In this document: positions 1-10,310 of the stretch, piece by piece
Layout: every line of letters starts with the position of its first letter
Position numbering within the stretch: the stretch's first letter is position 1
Origin: Nitrosopumilus sp.
GTDB taxonomy: Archaea > Thermoproteota > Nitrososphaeria > Nitrososphaerales > Nitrosopumilaceae
NCBI GenBank assembly: GCA_965238275.1
Contig: OZ250186.1
Span: forward strand, 1,536,001-1,600,000
Length of the DNA: 64,000 nt
Direction: 5' to 3'
Program-made: the position numbers and the translations under genes
Notes under the pieces: model-generated
Databases searched by the model: none
Told to the model about the DNA's origin: nothing
What the model saw: the letters and a program-made list of their open reading frames with translations, nothing else

Positions 1-238
1 CGTTTCTTGTAAATGGCGATGGAAGAATATTTAAGATTTATTCAAAAGTAAAGCCTGCCGGCCATTCAAAATTGGTACTAGATGATTTTCTAAATTCGAA
101 ATAATGCGGTTCCTTATGATTGTGAAAAATTGCCAGACGCATGGGACATACGGGCCGTAGCCCAAAATGATACAAAATAATTTCCAGACACAGGCATTGA
201 ATGTTTTACTTGTATAAATAAAAGAAATGGTAGATGGT

Positions 239-1564
239 TTAGAAGCCTTTTGGAAGCGTGCCTCGGGAGGCTTTTGGTGGTTCTGGTTCAGGTTCTGGTG
301 CAAACCCCTTGGGTAGAACGCCACGGCTCTTCTTGGCACTAGCTGCTGCTGCAGCAGCAGCCTCATCTTGCAGTGCTTTCTGATATGCCTGTTCTGCTTC
401 AATTCTGTCTTGCTCGATTCTTTTGAGGTATCTGCTTTCATAATCCTCCAGTCGCTCTTGTCTCGATTTCGAGCTATTGTCGCTATAGCTTGCCTGCTGT
501 GGGGGTGGAGCCTGCTGTGGGGGTGGAGCCTGCTGTGCTTGCTCTGGTTCCGGTGCCTGTGTGGTAGTGCCGCCTTCAAAACTCATACTCACGCCACTAA
601 ATGTCCCAAATGTCTTGTCGGGAGGGTGATATGCCAGTCGTGGTCTTGTTGCAAAGTACTGGTTGGATGGTTGCGTATAGCCTGTAACCTTGGCCTTTTG
701 ATCGTTCCAGTTGGTTGTCGGAACGCTTCCCACAGGTGCAGTCAGCCGTACATAGTATCGGTTCGGAGACGGTGAGTATCCGGTCACCTTTGTCCTGTAT
801 TGGTGGAAGTCAGTCTGTGGGGTTGCATAGTATGCATCCTCCAATGCGGCATTGAATGTTGCCGGTGGTGGGGATTTTGTTTCTGTAGGCTTTGGTGCCT
901 CTTGGGGCTTTGGCTTGCCAAATCCCTTTGGAAGTGTTCCCTTGGGCTTGACAGTCTCTGCTGGCTTTGGTGCCTCTTGGGGCTTTGGTGCCTCTTGGGG
1001 CTTTGGCTTGCCAAATCCCTTTGGAAGTGTTCCCTTGGGCTTGACAGTCTCTGCTGGCTTTGGTGCCTCTTGGGGCTTTGGTGCCTCTTGGGGCTTTGGC
1101 TTGCCAAATCCCTTTGGAAGTGTTCCCTTGGGCTTGACAGTCTCTGCTGGCTTTGGTGCCTCTTGGGGCTTTGGCTTGCCAAATCCCTTTGGAAGTGTTC
1201 CCTTGGGCTTGACAGTCTCTGCTGGCTTTGGTGCCTCTTGGGGCTTTGGTGCCTCTACCTTGGCAGGCACCTTTCGTGGCCTGCCTCTCGGTCTTGGAGT
1301 CTTTGGTGCATCAGTAGTTACCTTTCGTGGCCTGCCTCTCGGTCTTGGAGTCTTTGGTGCATCAGTAGTTACCTTTCGTGGCCTGCCTCTCGGTCTTGGA
1401 GTCTTTGGTGCATCAGTAGTTACCTTTCGTGGCCTGCCTCTCGGTCTTGGAGTCTTTGGTGCATCTGTACTGGCAGGCACCTTTCGTGGCCTGCCTCTCG
1501 GTCTTTTAGATCCAGTCTGTGATGTCTTTGGCTTTTCGCTTGAACTTGCGTTGTCATTTGCCAT
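239..1564 (-). CDS. Low-complexity protein with 5 AT-hook motifs (PRGRPRK), 6 LPKGF motifs and a conserved ~90-aa core
   Basis: 441-aa ORF; repeats in frame; TTTA-type box upstream (~1588-1594); core YYATPQTDFHQYRTKVTGY...SFEGG shared with 1953..3221. Confidence 0.8.
   Translation of the reverse strand: MANDNASSSEKPKTSQTGSKRPRGRPRKVPASTDAPKTPRPRGRPRKVTTDAPKTPRPRGRPRKVTTDAPKTPRPRGRPRKVTTDAPKTPRPRGRPRKVPAKVEAPKPQEAPKPAETVKPKGTLPKGFGKPKPQEAPKPAETVKPKGTLPKGFGKPKPQEAPKPQEAPKPAETVKPKGTLPKGFGKPKPQEAPKPQEAPKPAETVKPKGTLPKGFGKPKPQEAPKPTETKSPPPATFNAALEDAYYATPQTDFHQYRTKVTGYSPSPNRYYVRLTAPVGSVPTTNWNDQKAKVTGYTQPSNQYFATRPRLAYHPPDKTFGTFSGVSMSFEGGTTTQAPEPEQAQQAPPPQQAPPPQQASYSDNSSKSRQERLEDYESRYLKRIEQDRIEAEQAYQKALQDEAAAAAAASAKKSRGVLPKGFAPEPEPEPPKASRGTLPKGF
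886..1502. repeat. Coding tandem repeats: 51-bp AT-hook units and 75-93-bp KPKGTLPKGF/PQEAPK units
   Basis: Repeated cctttcgtggcctgcctctcggtcttgg and caaatccctttggaagtgttcccttgggcttg. Confidence 0.9.
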
Positions 1565-1701
1565 TCCTTACAGTAAATACAGCACTGTTTATTTACATTT
1601 TGATTAGTGCGTACCCTGATTCAAATTAATTCATAAAATTAGACAAAAATTTGTAAAAATTTTATTGCCCTGCGATCGAGGCTTCAAGGGAGATCTGTGA
1701 G

Positions 1702-1902
1702 TCAATCAGGTTCCCAAAATGCCATTACATACATGCAGTTATTGCATCGCCAGAGATTTACATGAATTCCGTTGTCGGTGTCTGCAACGTATTTTCCCTC
1801 ATCAGTCCGGCTTACCTTGGGCAGGTAACTCAATTCGGGGCTCTGTAGCCATTCCTTTTGTTGGCAATTGGGACACGTGATATTTGGAGGCATAAATGAC
1901 AT
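1702..1902 (-). CDS. Small zinc-ribbon protein
   Basis: 66 aa with CPNC...CNNC pairs. Confidence 0.75.
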   Translation of the reverse strand: MSFMPPNITCPNCQQKEWLQSPELSYLPKVSRTDEGKYVADTDNGIHVNLWRCNNCMYVMAFWEPD

Positions 1903-1952
1903 ACGCAGTAATCAAAAAAAACATTTCTATGAAAAAGAGAAGAATTGTGAGG

Positions 1953-3221
1953 TTAGAAACCTTTTGGAAGCTTGCCCTTTGCGGGTTTTGGTTCCGATGC
2001 CTGCTCTGCCTGTGTGGTAGTGCCGCCTTCAAAACTCATACTCACGCCACTAAATGTCCCAAATGTCTTGTCGGGAGGGTGATATGCCAGTCGTGCCCTT
2101 GTTGCAAAGTACTGGTTGGATGGCTGCGTATAGCCTGTAACCTCGGCCTTTTGATCGTTCCAGTTGGTTGTCGGAACGCTTCCCACAGGTGCAGTCAGTC
2201 GCGTATAGTATCGGTTCGGAGACGGTGAGTATCCGGTCACCTTTGTCCTGTATTGATGGAAGTCAGTCTGTGGGGTTGCATAGTATGCATCCTCCAATGC
2301 GGCATTGAATGTTGCCGGTGGTTGGGATTTTGTTTCTGCAGGCTTTGGTACCTCCTGAGGTTTTGGCGCCTCTTGGGGCTTTGGCGTGTCAAATCCCTTT
2401 GGAAGTGTTCCCTTGGGCTTGGCAGTCTCTGCAGGCTTTGGTGCCTCCTGAGGTTTTGGTGCCTCTTGGGGCTTTGGCGTGTCAAATCCCTTTGGAAGTG
2501 TTCCCTTGGGCTTGGCAGTCTCTGCAGGCTTTGGCGCCTCCTGAGGTTTTGGTGCCTCTTGGGGCTTTGGCGTGTCAAATCCCTTTGGAAGTGTTCCCTT
2601 GGGCTTGGCAGTCTCTGCAGGCTTTGGCGCCTCTTGAGGTTTTGGTGCCTCTTGAGGTTTTGGTGCCTCTTGGGGCTTTGGCGTGTCAAATCCCTTTGGA
2701 AGTGTTCCCTTGGGCTTGGCAGTCTCTGCTGGCTTTGGCGCCTCCTGAGGTTTTGGTGCCTCTTGGGGCTTTGGCGTGTCAAATCCCTTTGGAAGTGTTC
2801 CCTTGGGCTTGGCAGTCTCTGCTGGCTTTGGTGCCTCTACATTGGCAGGTACCTTTCTTGGTCTGCCTCGTGGCCTTGCTGGCTTTGGCGTCTCTGTACT
2901 GGCAGGTACCTTTCTTGGTCTGCCTCGTGGCCTTGCTGGCTTTGGCGTCTCTGTACTGGCAGGTACCTTTCTTGGTCTGCCTCGTGGCCTTGCTGGCTTT
3001 GGCGTCTCTGTACTGGCAGGTACCTTTCTTGGTCTGCCTCGTGGCCTTGCTGGCTTTGGAGTGTCAAATCCCTTTGGAAGTGTTCCCTTGGGCTTGGCAG
3101 TCTCTGCTGGTTGTTGTTCCGAATCAAGACTTGATTGTATGTCTGCGGTGTAATCGCGTAGTGATGTTTCTAAATCATCAGCTTTGTCGTAATTTTTAGG
3201 CGATTTTTTTGCTGTTTGCAT
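1953..3221 (-). CDS. Paralogous AT-hook/LPKGF-repeat protein (4 AT-hooks, 7 LPKGF)
   Basis: 422-aa ORF; DNA of core (~2008-2335) nearly identical to ~555-885. Confidence 0.8.
   Translation of the reverse strand: MQTAKKSPKNYDKADDLETSLRDYTADIQSSLDSEQQPAETAKPKGTLPKGFDTPKPARPRGRPRKVPASTETPKPARPRGRPRKVPASTETPKPARPRGRPRKVPASTETPKPARPRGRPRKVPANVEAPKPAETAKPKGTLPKGFDTPKPQEAPKPQEAPKPAETAKPKGTLPKGFDTPKPQEAPKPQEAPKPQEAPKPAETAKPKGTLPKGFDTPKPQEAPKPQEAPKPAETAKPKGTLPKGFDTPKPQEAPKPQEAPKPAETAKPKGTLPKGFDTPKPQEAPKPQEVPKPAETKSQPPATFNAALEDAYYATPQTDFHQYRTKVTGYSPSPNRYYTRLTAPVGSVPTTNWNDQKAEVTGYTQPSNQYFATRARLAYHPPDKTFGTFSGVSMSFEGGTTTQAEQASEPKPAKGKLPKGF
2340..3110. repeat. Coding tandem repeats: 57-bp AT-hook units and KPKGTLPKGF/PQEAPK units
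   Basis: Repeated ggcaggtacctttcttggtctgcctcgtggccttgctggctttgg and gtgtcaaatccctttggaagtgttccc. Confidence 0.9.
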
Positions 3222-3775
3222 TGCTCTGAGTGAATGATCTGGGGTTTATGTATATTTGGGTTATCGTGGAGACCCTGGCACAGATGTCTGTGCACAAAAT
3301 GCCTTCAAAAGGAGAATCAGCTATTGGCAAGCAGACTGGGAGAAATGCCATGGCGAGAAATGCCATGGCTTGTGGGGGAAATTATTTCTCGTACGCCTGA
3401 ATCGTCATGGATGTCAAAATTTGAATAAATGGTGGGTTTTTTTGATTCATTGCGACCCGTACGTGTTTTGGGCATATCCTGCAAACACAGATTCATATCT
3501 TGACCACGCGGGTTCGGTCTTTTCAAAACGTAGCAATCAAAAACATGACACGTGTCATTGGCACGGTATGGCATGCGCCCCAGCATTGTCCGTGTAGCCA
3601 AATTCTGGCAGCCGCATATGGGGGATTGGCGTCACAATGTCGAATCTTTATTGTGGCTGGAGCATGATTCGCAGCAGGCAACCAAGCATGAAACAGGCGG
3701 CCTTGGTTTGATGGGACAGGAAACACCCGAATCTCAACATGATCAAGTTTTATATGCATAGGATGCTTATGGTGT

Positions 3776-4153
3776 TTGATGGATGACTTTGAAAAGGACT
3801 TTCCGGATTTTGACTGGAAGAACGTACCTGCATACGAACATCCCGGAGGCAAGGACTGCCCATGCCCAAAGCACGAATACATCCGGGAACAGATCAATTT
3901 TACAAAACAGGTAAATGAAAAAGGCAAGGAACCATCCAAGATCACGCTCAGATTTTGTCCTGATCACTACCGGGTCTACATGGATGAGGTTATTCCTGCA
4001 ATGCCTCTGAAATACAAGCTGCTGACAAAGATAGCCCTGAGGATTGGCGCAATCCAGGTGGAGCAGTTAAAGTATATGGAATCCGGACTCTGCTTTTATT
4101 GCAAGTTTGGATCCGGAGGACACGACAAAAAGACAGAACTGCCCCCGATGTAG
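3776..4153 (+). CDS. Hypothetical Cys/His-containing protein
   Basis: 125 aa with CPCPKH, FCPDH and CFYC; TTTATA box ~25 bp upstream. Confidence 0.7.
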   Translation: MMDDFEKDFPDFDWKNVPAYEHPGGKDCPCPKHEYIREQINFTKQVNEKGKEPSKITLRFCPDHYRVYMDEVIPAMPLKYKLLTKIALRIGAIQVEQLKYMESGLCFYCKFGSGGHDKKTELPPM

Positions 4154-4297
4154 GGCAGGCATGCAAGAGTCTTCTGACAATATGGCTGCTGACAAAAGGG
4201 CATGACTGAGGCCGTCTACGGGACCAGTCCTGGGTGCCACGCACACACACGCTCTGAATCCAGTTAAGCTTATACCCAAACCGGCACCATACCCATC

Positions 4298-5740
4298 ATG
4301 CCGATAAAAGACATTCACGAGCTCATCTCAGAGTTGGAAGGATGCGGGGAGCTGAAGCGAGTCAAGGCAAGTGTTGATGCAGACCTTGAGGTTGCAGAGA
4401 TTATGAGGCGGGAGATGTACCGTGGGGGTCCGGCGATCCTGTTTGAGAATGTAAAAGGATATGACATGCCAATACTTGGAAACACGTTTGGTTCCATGAA
4501 GCGGCTGGAGATCGGACTCGGAATGACGGATTTTACCGAGATTGGCAGGCGCATAGTGGAGATGACAAGGATGAGCGTCCCATCGGGACTTTTGGGCAAG
4601 CTAAGAAAGCTTCCGGAGCTCTCAAAGATGGCAGCAGTGTTTCCCAAAAACGAGACAAGCGGGCCGGTATCTGAGGTCGTGTCTGCAGAGCCGTCATTTG
4701 ATGGGATTCCAATCATAAAGTCGTGGCCGGGAGATGCAGGAAGATTCATCACGCTGGGACTGGTTGCCACAGTGCATCCTGAGACGGGGGTTAGAAACCT
4801 GGGCGTGTTTAGGATGCAGATTATAGACAGCACCCATGCCCTGATGCACTGGCAGAGACACAAGAGGGGGGCCCACCACGGCGAGATCTCAAGGGACCGG
4901 GGGGAGAAAATACCTGCTGCCATAATCATAGGCGGGGATCCTGCAACCGTCTTTTCGGCAATTGCGCCTGTTCCAGAGGGGCTGGACAAGTATCTGTTTG
5001 CAGGAATTACAAGAAAGGAGGGAATCAGTACGGTACGGTGCAAGACAGTTGATCTGGATGTTCCTGCAAACGCAGAGATTGTCATGGAGGGATATGTCGA
5101 TCCTGCGGATCTCAGGGACGAGGGGCCTTTTGGAGATCATACCGGATACTACACGCCAGTCGAGCCATACCCGGTATTCACGCTTACAGGAGTCATGCAC
5201 AGGAGGCATCCGGTGTACGTGACTACCGTGGTGGGAAAGCCGGTTCTGGAGGATGCATACATTGGAAAGGTAATCGAGCAGTCGTTCCTGCCGCTGATCA
5301 GGATGTTTCATCCCGAGGTGGCAGATTTCAGCATGCCGGCAGCAGGATGGTTTCAGGGACTGGCAGTCGTGTCGATTCTGAAGAGATACCCGGGTCAGGC
5401 AAAGAAGGTAATGATGGGCCTGTGGGGCATGGGACAGCTCTCCCTTACAAAGACGCTTGTGGTAGTCGACGAGGACATCAACGTCCACGATATGAACGAT
5501 GTCATATGGGCAGTGACGACGAGGGCGGATCCTGCAAGGGATACGACGATCATTGCCGACACGCCTACCGACACCCTTGATCCGGCATCCCCGCTTGTCA
5601 ATCTGGGCTCTAAGATGGGCATCGATGCAACGCAGAAGACAAGCGAGGAGGGATACCAGAGGGAGATTCAGCAGAAGGTGGGGGCAGACGAGAAGACAAG
5701 GAGCATGGTTGATTCCAGATGGCGCGAATACGGGCTATGA
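4298..5740 (+). CDS. ubiD: UbiD-family decarboxylase (menaquinone/futalosine pathway)
   Basis: EGPFGDHTGYY, VVVDEDINVHD, TLDPAS..GSKMGIDAT motifs; adjacent to mqnC-like gene. Confidence 0.9.
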   Translation: MPIKDIHELISELEGCGELKRVKASVDADLEVAEIMRREMYRGGPAILFENVKGYDMPILGNTFGSMKRLEIGLGMTDFTEIGRRIVEMTRMSVPSGLLGKLRKLPELSKMAAVFPKNETSGPVSEVVSAEPSFDGIPIIKSWPGDAGRFITLGLVATVHPETGVRNLGVFRMQIIDSTHALMHWQRHKRGAHHGEISRDRGEKIPAAIIIGGDPATVFSAIAPVPEGLDKYLFAGITRKEGISTVRCKTVDLDVPANAEIVMEGYVDPADLRDEGPFGDHTGYYTPVEPYPVFTLTGVMHRRHPVYVTTVVGKPVLEDAYIGKVIEQSFLPLIRMFHPEVADFSMPAAGWFQGLAVVSILKRYPGQAKKVMMGLWGMGQLSLTKTLVVVDEDINVHDMNDVIWAVTTRADPARDTTIIADTPTDTLDPASPLVNLGSKMGIDATQKTSEEGYQREIQQKVGADEKTRSMVDSRWREYGL

Positions 5741-6853
5741 TGTCAGGACGGGATTGTAAAAGTTGTCCCGCTCCTCTACGGTGTATCCAATCTGACGTAT
5801 GGCCTCTGCTATGGTGCTGCCGGTAAGCTCAGTAGAGCGGGCCCCCGTGCAGGATACGACCTCCTCGCCGATGAGCGTTCCGCCAAAGTCATCTGCGCCA
5901 TACTGCAAGGCAAGCTGGGCCATTCCGACCCCGTTTGTAAGCCAGGAGGACTGGATGTGCGGGATTGAGTCATCAAAGATCAGCCTGGATATGGCAATCA
6001 TCTTTAGCAGCTGAATGCCGCCGGTTCCGTGCTTGACGGTCCCATCCTGCTGCATCAGCGTGTTGTTTGGCTCGAAATTCCATGGAATAAACGCCATAAA
6101 GCCGCCTGTCCGTTCCTGCAGTCTTGTTATCTTCATAAAGTGCTCTGCAATGTCTGCGTTATTCTCCACATGCCCGTACATCATCGTCGCAGAGGCCGGC
6201 AGTCCGATGGAGTGCGCCTCGCCCATGATCCTAATCCAGTCGTCGCTTGCAATCTTCTTTGGGCTGATGATGTCCTTTACAGAGTCGACTAGTATCTCTG
6301 CCCCGGCTCCGGGAACCGACTGCAGCCCAGAGTCCTTGAGCCGGGAAAGAACCTCCAGGGTAGAGGATTTTTCAACCTTTGCAATCATGTCGATCTCTGA
6401 TGCGGACAGTCCGTGAAGGCCCACCATCGGAAACTTTTTGCGGATCATCCTGAATGCGTCCTCGTAATACTCTATTCTCAGGTTGGGATTGTGTCCGCCC
6501 TGGATCAGAACCTGGCGTATCCTGAACATGTCCCATGCCGCACTCACCCTGGATTCAATCTGATCAAGACTCAGCGTGTAGGACTCGTCGTCCCCGGGCG
6601 ACCGGTAGAACGCACAGAACTTGCAGTCTGTAACACAGACATTGGTATAGTTTAGGATTATGTTGCTTACAAATGACGCCTTTCTTCCAAACCGCCTTCT
6701 TGCAAGCTGCCCGGAGACAAGCCCCATGAGATGAACCTCGTCAGACTCCAGAAGCCTCATGCAGTCATCGTACCCCGGCCTGCATCCGTTAAGCGAGTTG
6801 TCCAGAATGTCACCGACGCCGCTGTTTTTTATGTACTCTACGGCTTGGCTCAT
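5735..6853 (-). CDS. mqnC: Radical SAM MqnC/CofH family, probably cyclic dehypoxanthine futalosine synthase
   Basis: NYTNVCVTDCKFCAF, PGAGAEIL, ATMMYGHVE, GADDFGGTL. Confidence 0.8.
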   Translation of the reverse strand: MSQAVEYIKNSGVGDILDNSLNGCRPGYDDCMRLLESDEVHLMGLVSGQLARRRFGRKASFVSNIILNYTNVCVTDCKFCAFYRSPGDDESYTLSLDQIESRVSAAWDMFRIRQVLIQGGHNPNLRIEYYEDAFRMIRKKFPMVGLHGLSASEIDMIAKVEKSSTLEVLSRLKDSGLQSVPGAGAEILVDSVKDIISPKKIASDDWIRIMGEAHSIGLPASATMMYGHVENNADIAEHFMKITRLQERTGGFMAFIPWNFEPNNTLMQQDGTVKHGTGGIQLLKMIAISRLIFDDSIPHIQSSWLTNGVGMAQLALQYGADDFGGTLIGEEVVSCTGARSTELTGSTIAEAIRQIGYTVEERDNFYNPVLTS

Positions 6854-7036
6854 AATCCTGTGTTTCGTACGATTATTATTTAAACCAAATGCGCGCCAGA
6901 TGTCGGGGATTTGCCCGGATGTGAACCTGCAAACAGCCGTGCCTGATCTTGGAGAATGACCGGGCGTGCACTGCCTGATTCCGGCACGGGTACACTTACG
7001 TTATTTTTAATTAGGGCGTGCAAGCGAGAATAGCAC

Positions 7037-7819
7037 ATGGTATCGGGTAGCCAGATAAGACTCAGCCGCATCCTCCGGAAGGGAAGGATGCTCTGCATTC
7101 CAATGGATCACGGGATTTCAAACGGCCCCATCAAAGGCCTTGAGGATCCTGCCTCGGTCATATACAAGTGTGACGGACGGGGCCTTACAAGCATAATCAT
7201 CAACAAGGGAATCCTAAAGTCTCTGCCAAGACCGGTCAGGGCAGGAATCCTGGTTCACTTTTCAAGCAGTACGTCGCTTTCGCTATCCCCCAACCGCAAG
7301 ATGCTGACTGGTACTGTAAAGGAGGCCGTCTCTATGGGGGCCGACGGGGTATCATTACACATCAACATTGGTGGAGCAGAGGAACCTGAGATGCTCAGGG
7401 ATCTGGGAGATATCGCAGGCCAGTGTCACAGGTGGGGCATGCCGCTTCTGGCAATGATGTACCCGAGGGGCGAGAACATCAAGAATCCGCACGACCCGGA
7501 GATTGTGGCGCATGCTGCAAGGATAGGGGCAGAGTGCGGGGCAGACATAGTCAAGACCCTGTACACCGGGGATCCGGACTCTTTTGCAGCGATTGTAAAG
7601 AGCACGCCGGTTCCGGTTGTGATTGCAGGAGGCCCCAAGGCTGAAACAGACATGGACATTCTACAGATGACTGAAGATGCCATCGGGGCCGGAGCCGCAG
7701 GGGTGACATACGGCAGAAACATCTTTGCCCACAAGGCGCCAGAGAAGATGGTGGAGGCGCTGGCAGAGATAATCTTCAAAAAGGGGACAGCCGCAGAAGC
7801 GATGAAGAGAATTGACTAA
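7037..7819 (+). CDS. 2-amino-3,7-dideoxy-D-threo-hept-6-ulosonate synthase (DhnA-type aldolase, AroA')
   Basis: [27 protein letters not shown]; first gene of aro operon. Confidence 0.9.
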   Translation: MVSGSQIRLSRILRKGRMLCIPMDHGISNGPIKGLEDPASVIYKCDGRGLTSIIINKGILKSLPRPVRAGILVHFSSSTSLSLSPNRKMLTGTVKEAVSMGADGVSLHINIGGAEEPEMLRDLGDIAGQCHRWGMPLLAMMYPRGENIKNPHDPEIVAHAARIGAECGADIVKTLYTGDPDSFAAIVKSTPVPVVIAGGPKAETDMDILQMTEDAIGAGAAGVTYGRNIFAHKAPEKMVEALAEIIFKKGTAAEAMKRID

Positions 7820-8831
7820 GTCGCGAGAACTGATAATTTTGCCCAGCGTGCCGGATGCGCAGCTGCCCGAGTTTCTTGCACAACTTGCAAAAGAGGGCAT
7901 TCAGACAGTCTATCTTGACCCTGCCAAGGCAGGCGGCATGAAGACGATTTGGGACTCGTCAGACGGCATGCTGGCAGGGAGGGATTCAATCGGAAGGAGG
8001 TTCAAGGTACTCTCAAACCAGGACATCGATGACATAATGACTGCAGCCGAGATGGGACTGGACTTTGTAATAGTGGAAGTCGATGACTGGAGGATAATCC
8101 CGCTGGAGAACATCATTGCCAAACTGCACAAGATAAACACCCGAATCCTTGCCATTGCAAGAACCCCTTCGGAGGTGAGAAAGATGTTTTCAATTCTGGA
8201 TGTGGGGGTGGACGGGGTGATCTTCAGCACCTCGTCGATCGACGAGGTAAGGGAGGCCACCGTCTACCTTGGAAACAAGAGTTTTGAGATGAGTCCTGCA
8301 GAGATCACTGAGATCAGGGAGGTCGGGGACGGCGAACGCGTCTGCGTGGACACTGCATCCATCCTGCACATCGGGGAGGGGATGCTGGTGGGCAGCAGAT
8401 CAAACTTTCTGTTCCTGGTTCACAACGAGGCTGTCGGTTCGTCATTTACATCGCCAAGACCGTTTCGGGTAAACGCCGGAGCGGTGCACTGCTACACGCT
8501 TGCACCTGACGGCACCACCAGATACCTCTCAGAAGTTGAGACGGGCACGGAGGTGCTAATCTTCAATGCCAAGGGGGGATCCAGGAGGGCGACTGTTGGA
8601 AGATCCAAGATTGAAAGAAGGCCGATGCTGATGATCAAGGCCTCTGTGGGTGACGAGACGGGAGGCATAATCGCACAGGATGCCGAGACGATACGCTTTG
8701 TAAAACCCGACGGGGAACTAGTATCAGTCACACACCTGAAGAAGGGCGACACCGTACTGGTACATTCAAAGGCTGCAACCGGCAGGCATTTTGGAATGGA
8801 AGTCTCAGATGAATACATCCTGGAAAAGTAA
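7812..8831 (+). CDS. 3-dehydroquinate synthase II (AroB')
   Basis: [31 protein letters not shown]. Confidence 0.92.
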   Translation: MTKSRELIILPSVPDAQLPEFLAQLAKEGIQTVYLDPAKAGGMKTIWDSSDGMLAGRDSIGRRFKVLSNQDIDDIMTAAEMGLDFVIVEVDDWRIIPLENIIAKLHKINTRILAIARTPSEVRKMFSILDVGVDGVIFSTSSIDEVREATVYLGNKSFEMSPAEITEIREVGDGERVCVDTASILHIGEGMLVGSRSNFLFLVHNEAVGSSFTSPRPFRVNAGAVHCYTLAPDGTTRYLSEVETGTEVLIFNAKGGSRRATVGRSKIERRPMLMIKASVGDETGGIIAQDAETIRFVKPDGELVSVTHLKKGDTVLVHSKAATGRHFGMEVSDEYILEK

Positions 8832-9588
8832 CACGCCGTACAGGACGTGCGTATCTGTCGCAGAGCCTACCCCGCAAAAGACGGCGCAGGTGCTCACCGA
8901 GGCGCTAAAAAAGTCAGACTATGCCGAGGTGAGGCTCGACTATCTGGATTCCGGGGATGAAGAAGCAGGAATGCGGGGGGAGACCACAAAGGGGAGTCTG
9001 ACTGCCAAGGCTGCCGCCACCCCCCCGATGCACTCCGGCGTGGTTGCAGAGACGCTGGAGGCCATAAAGGGAAGTCTGGACAGGACAGTCTGCACCCTCA
9101 GGCCGGTTGCCGGGGGCGGACGGTTCCAGGGGAGCGAGGAGGAACGAATCAAGGCCCTGTCGCTCATTGCATGGTACAAGCCGTTCCTCCTGGACGTGGA
9201 GTTTGAGACGCTGCAAAGATTTCCCATACTTGCAAAACTCATCAAGTCCGCCGGAACAAGGCTGCTTGTGTCCTGGCATGATTTTAACGGGACCCCTGAT
9301 GCCGAGAAGCTGCAGGCGCAGATGGATGCGATGTCCGAGCATTCGTCATGGATAAAGCTGGTATGCATGGCAGAATCAAATGATGATGCCTCAAGAATGC
9401 TTGCACTGTACGGCAGAAAGGGCGACAGACACCTGATATCCTTTGCAATGGGCGATCACGGCAGCGCCTCAAGAATCCTGTGCCTGTACCTTGGCAGCCC
9501 GTACACGTACGTCTCGCTTGGACGCGCCGTCGCGCCGGGCCAGATTGATGTTGACAGGATGAGGAAGATAATATCTGGGAAATGCTGA
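8809..9588 (+). CDS. aroD: Type I 3-dehydroquinate dehydratase (start uncertain; internal insertion)
   Basis: AEVRLDYL, CTLRP..GGRF, VSWHDFNGTP, FAMG, APGQI. Confidence 0.85.
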   Translation: MNTSWKSNTPYRTCVSVAEPTPQKTAQVLTEALKKSDYAEVRLDYLDSGDEEAGMRGETTKGSLTAKAAATPPMHSGVVAETLEAIKGSLDRTVCTLRPVAGGGRFQGSEEERIKALSLIAWYKPFLLDVEFETLQRFPILAKLIKSAGTRLLVSWHDFNGTPDAEKLQAQMDAMSEHSSWIKLVCMAESNDDASRMLALYGRKGDRHLISFAMGDHGSASRILCLYLGSPYTYVSLGRAVAPGQIDVDRMRKIISGKC

Positions 9589-9856
9589 GGCATCCGTCCA
9601 AGCTCATGCGTGAATTTTGGGATTGGTTGGGCATACCCAGGTGCCAGCGGCGGCACGGCATTCCACATGACCTGGTGCTACAGAGGCGTTCAGTCCGAAC
9701 CGACTGCCCCCAATCTGCGTTTTGTGTATGCCACTTGCGTCAAGATGGTACTATGCAGGGTTTTGATCTGAAGGGATCCCAGCACGATTTTCCATGCATG
9801 CGGCCTGTCGCACTGATCGGAATGCTTCAAAAAACATAGCTGCGCCAGTCTGCGCG

Positions 9857-10219
9857 TCACGGACTGCCTGACTGGGCCTGTCTCACCAGTTTGTCTGCGA
9901 ATTCATCGGCTAGCCGAAATGCCAGATTTTCCATCGCTTTTGATCTGGGCGAATCGGATTCAAACTTGTACATTATGGCCCTGCCCACATTTCTGGTTTT
10001 TTGCAGTATTTCCTCCCTTTCGAGCTTGCGAACTACGCCAAGGGTGGTTTTGAAACCAACGCCTGAGATCCTGGAAATATCCGATATCGAGTAGTCAAGG
10101 TCATTCATGGCAATCATGTGATCCAGTATCTTGGATTCCGAGCACGGAAGGAGGCGTTCGAGCGGTCCGGGCCCGTCAAGCGTGTTTTCAAAGGTCTCCG
10201 ATTCTTGCGTCATCTTCAT
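9857..10219 (-). CDS. Winged helix-turn-helix protein
   Basis: KILDHM...DYSISDISRISGVGFKT...L....L..TRNVGRAIMYK pattern. Confidence 0.8.
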   Translation of the reverse strand: MKMTQESETFENTLDGPGPLERLLPCSESKILDHMIAMNDLDYSISDISRISGVGFKTTLGVVRKLEREEILQKTRNVGRAIMYKFESDSPRSKAMENLAFRLADEFADKLVRQAQSGSP

Positions 10220-10271
10220 ATGCTTTGTATGACATCTAGTTATATAAATTAGTATATGATGTTGTGTAATC

Positions 10272-10289
10272 TATAACATAATCGTTATA
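10272..10289. promoter_or_regulatory. Palindrome TATAAC-N6-GTTATA in divergent promoter; candidate operator
   Basis: Perfect 6-bp inverted repeat; extra GTTATA at 10239 and 10301. Confidence 0.4.
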
Positions 10290-10310
10290 AGCAACTCGCG
10301 GTTATAATGT

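Noticed and set aside
886-3110. Regular repeats as a CRISPR array
   Set aside because: No unique spacers; unit lengths are multiples of 3 inside ORFs; no cas genes.
800-3199. Long plus-strand ORFs (800..1522, 852..1607, 2253..3134, 2309..3199)
   Set aside because: Antisense shadows of stop-poor coding repeats.
3222-3775. Short ORFs and a 15-bp tandem duplication (gagaaatgccatggc x2 near 3340-3369)
   Set aside because: No recognisable protein features; two copies only; probably degenerate spacer DNA.
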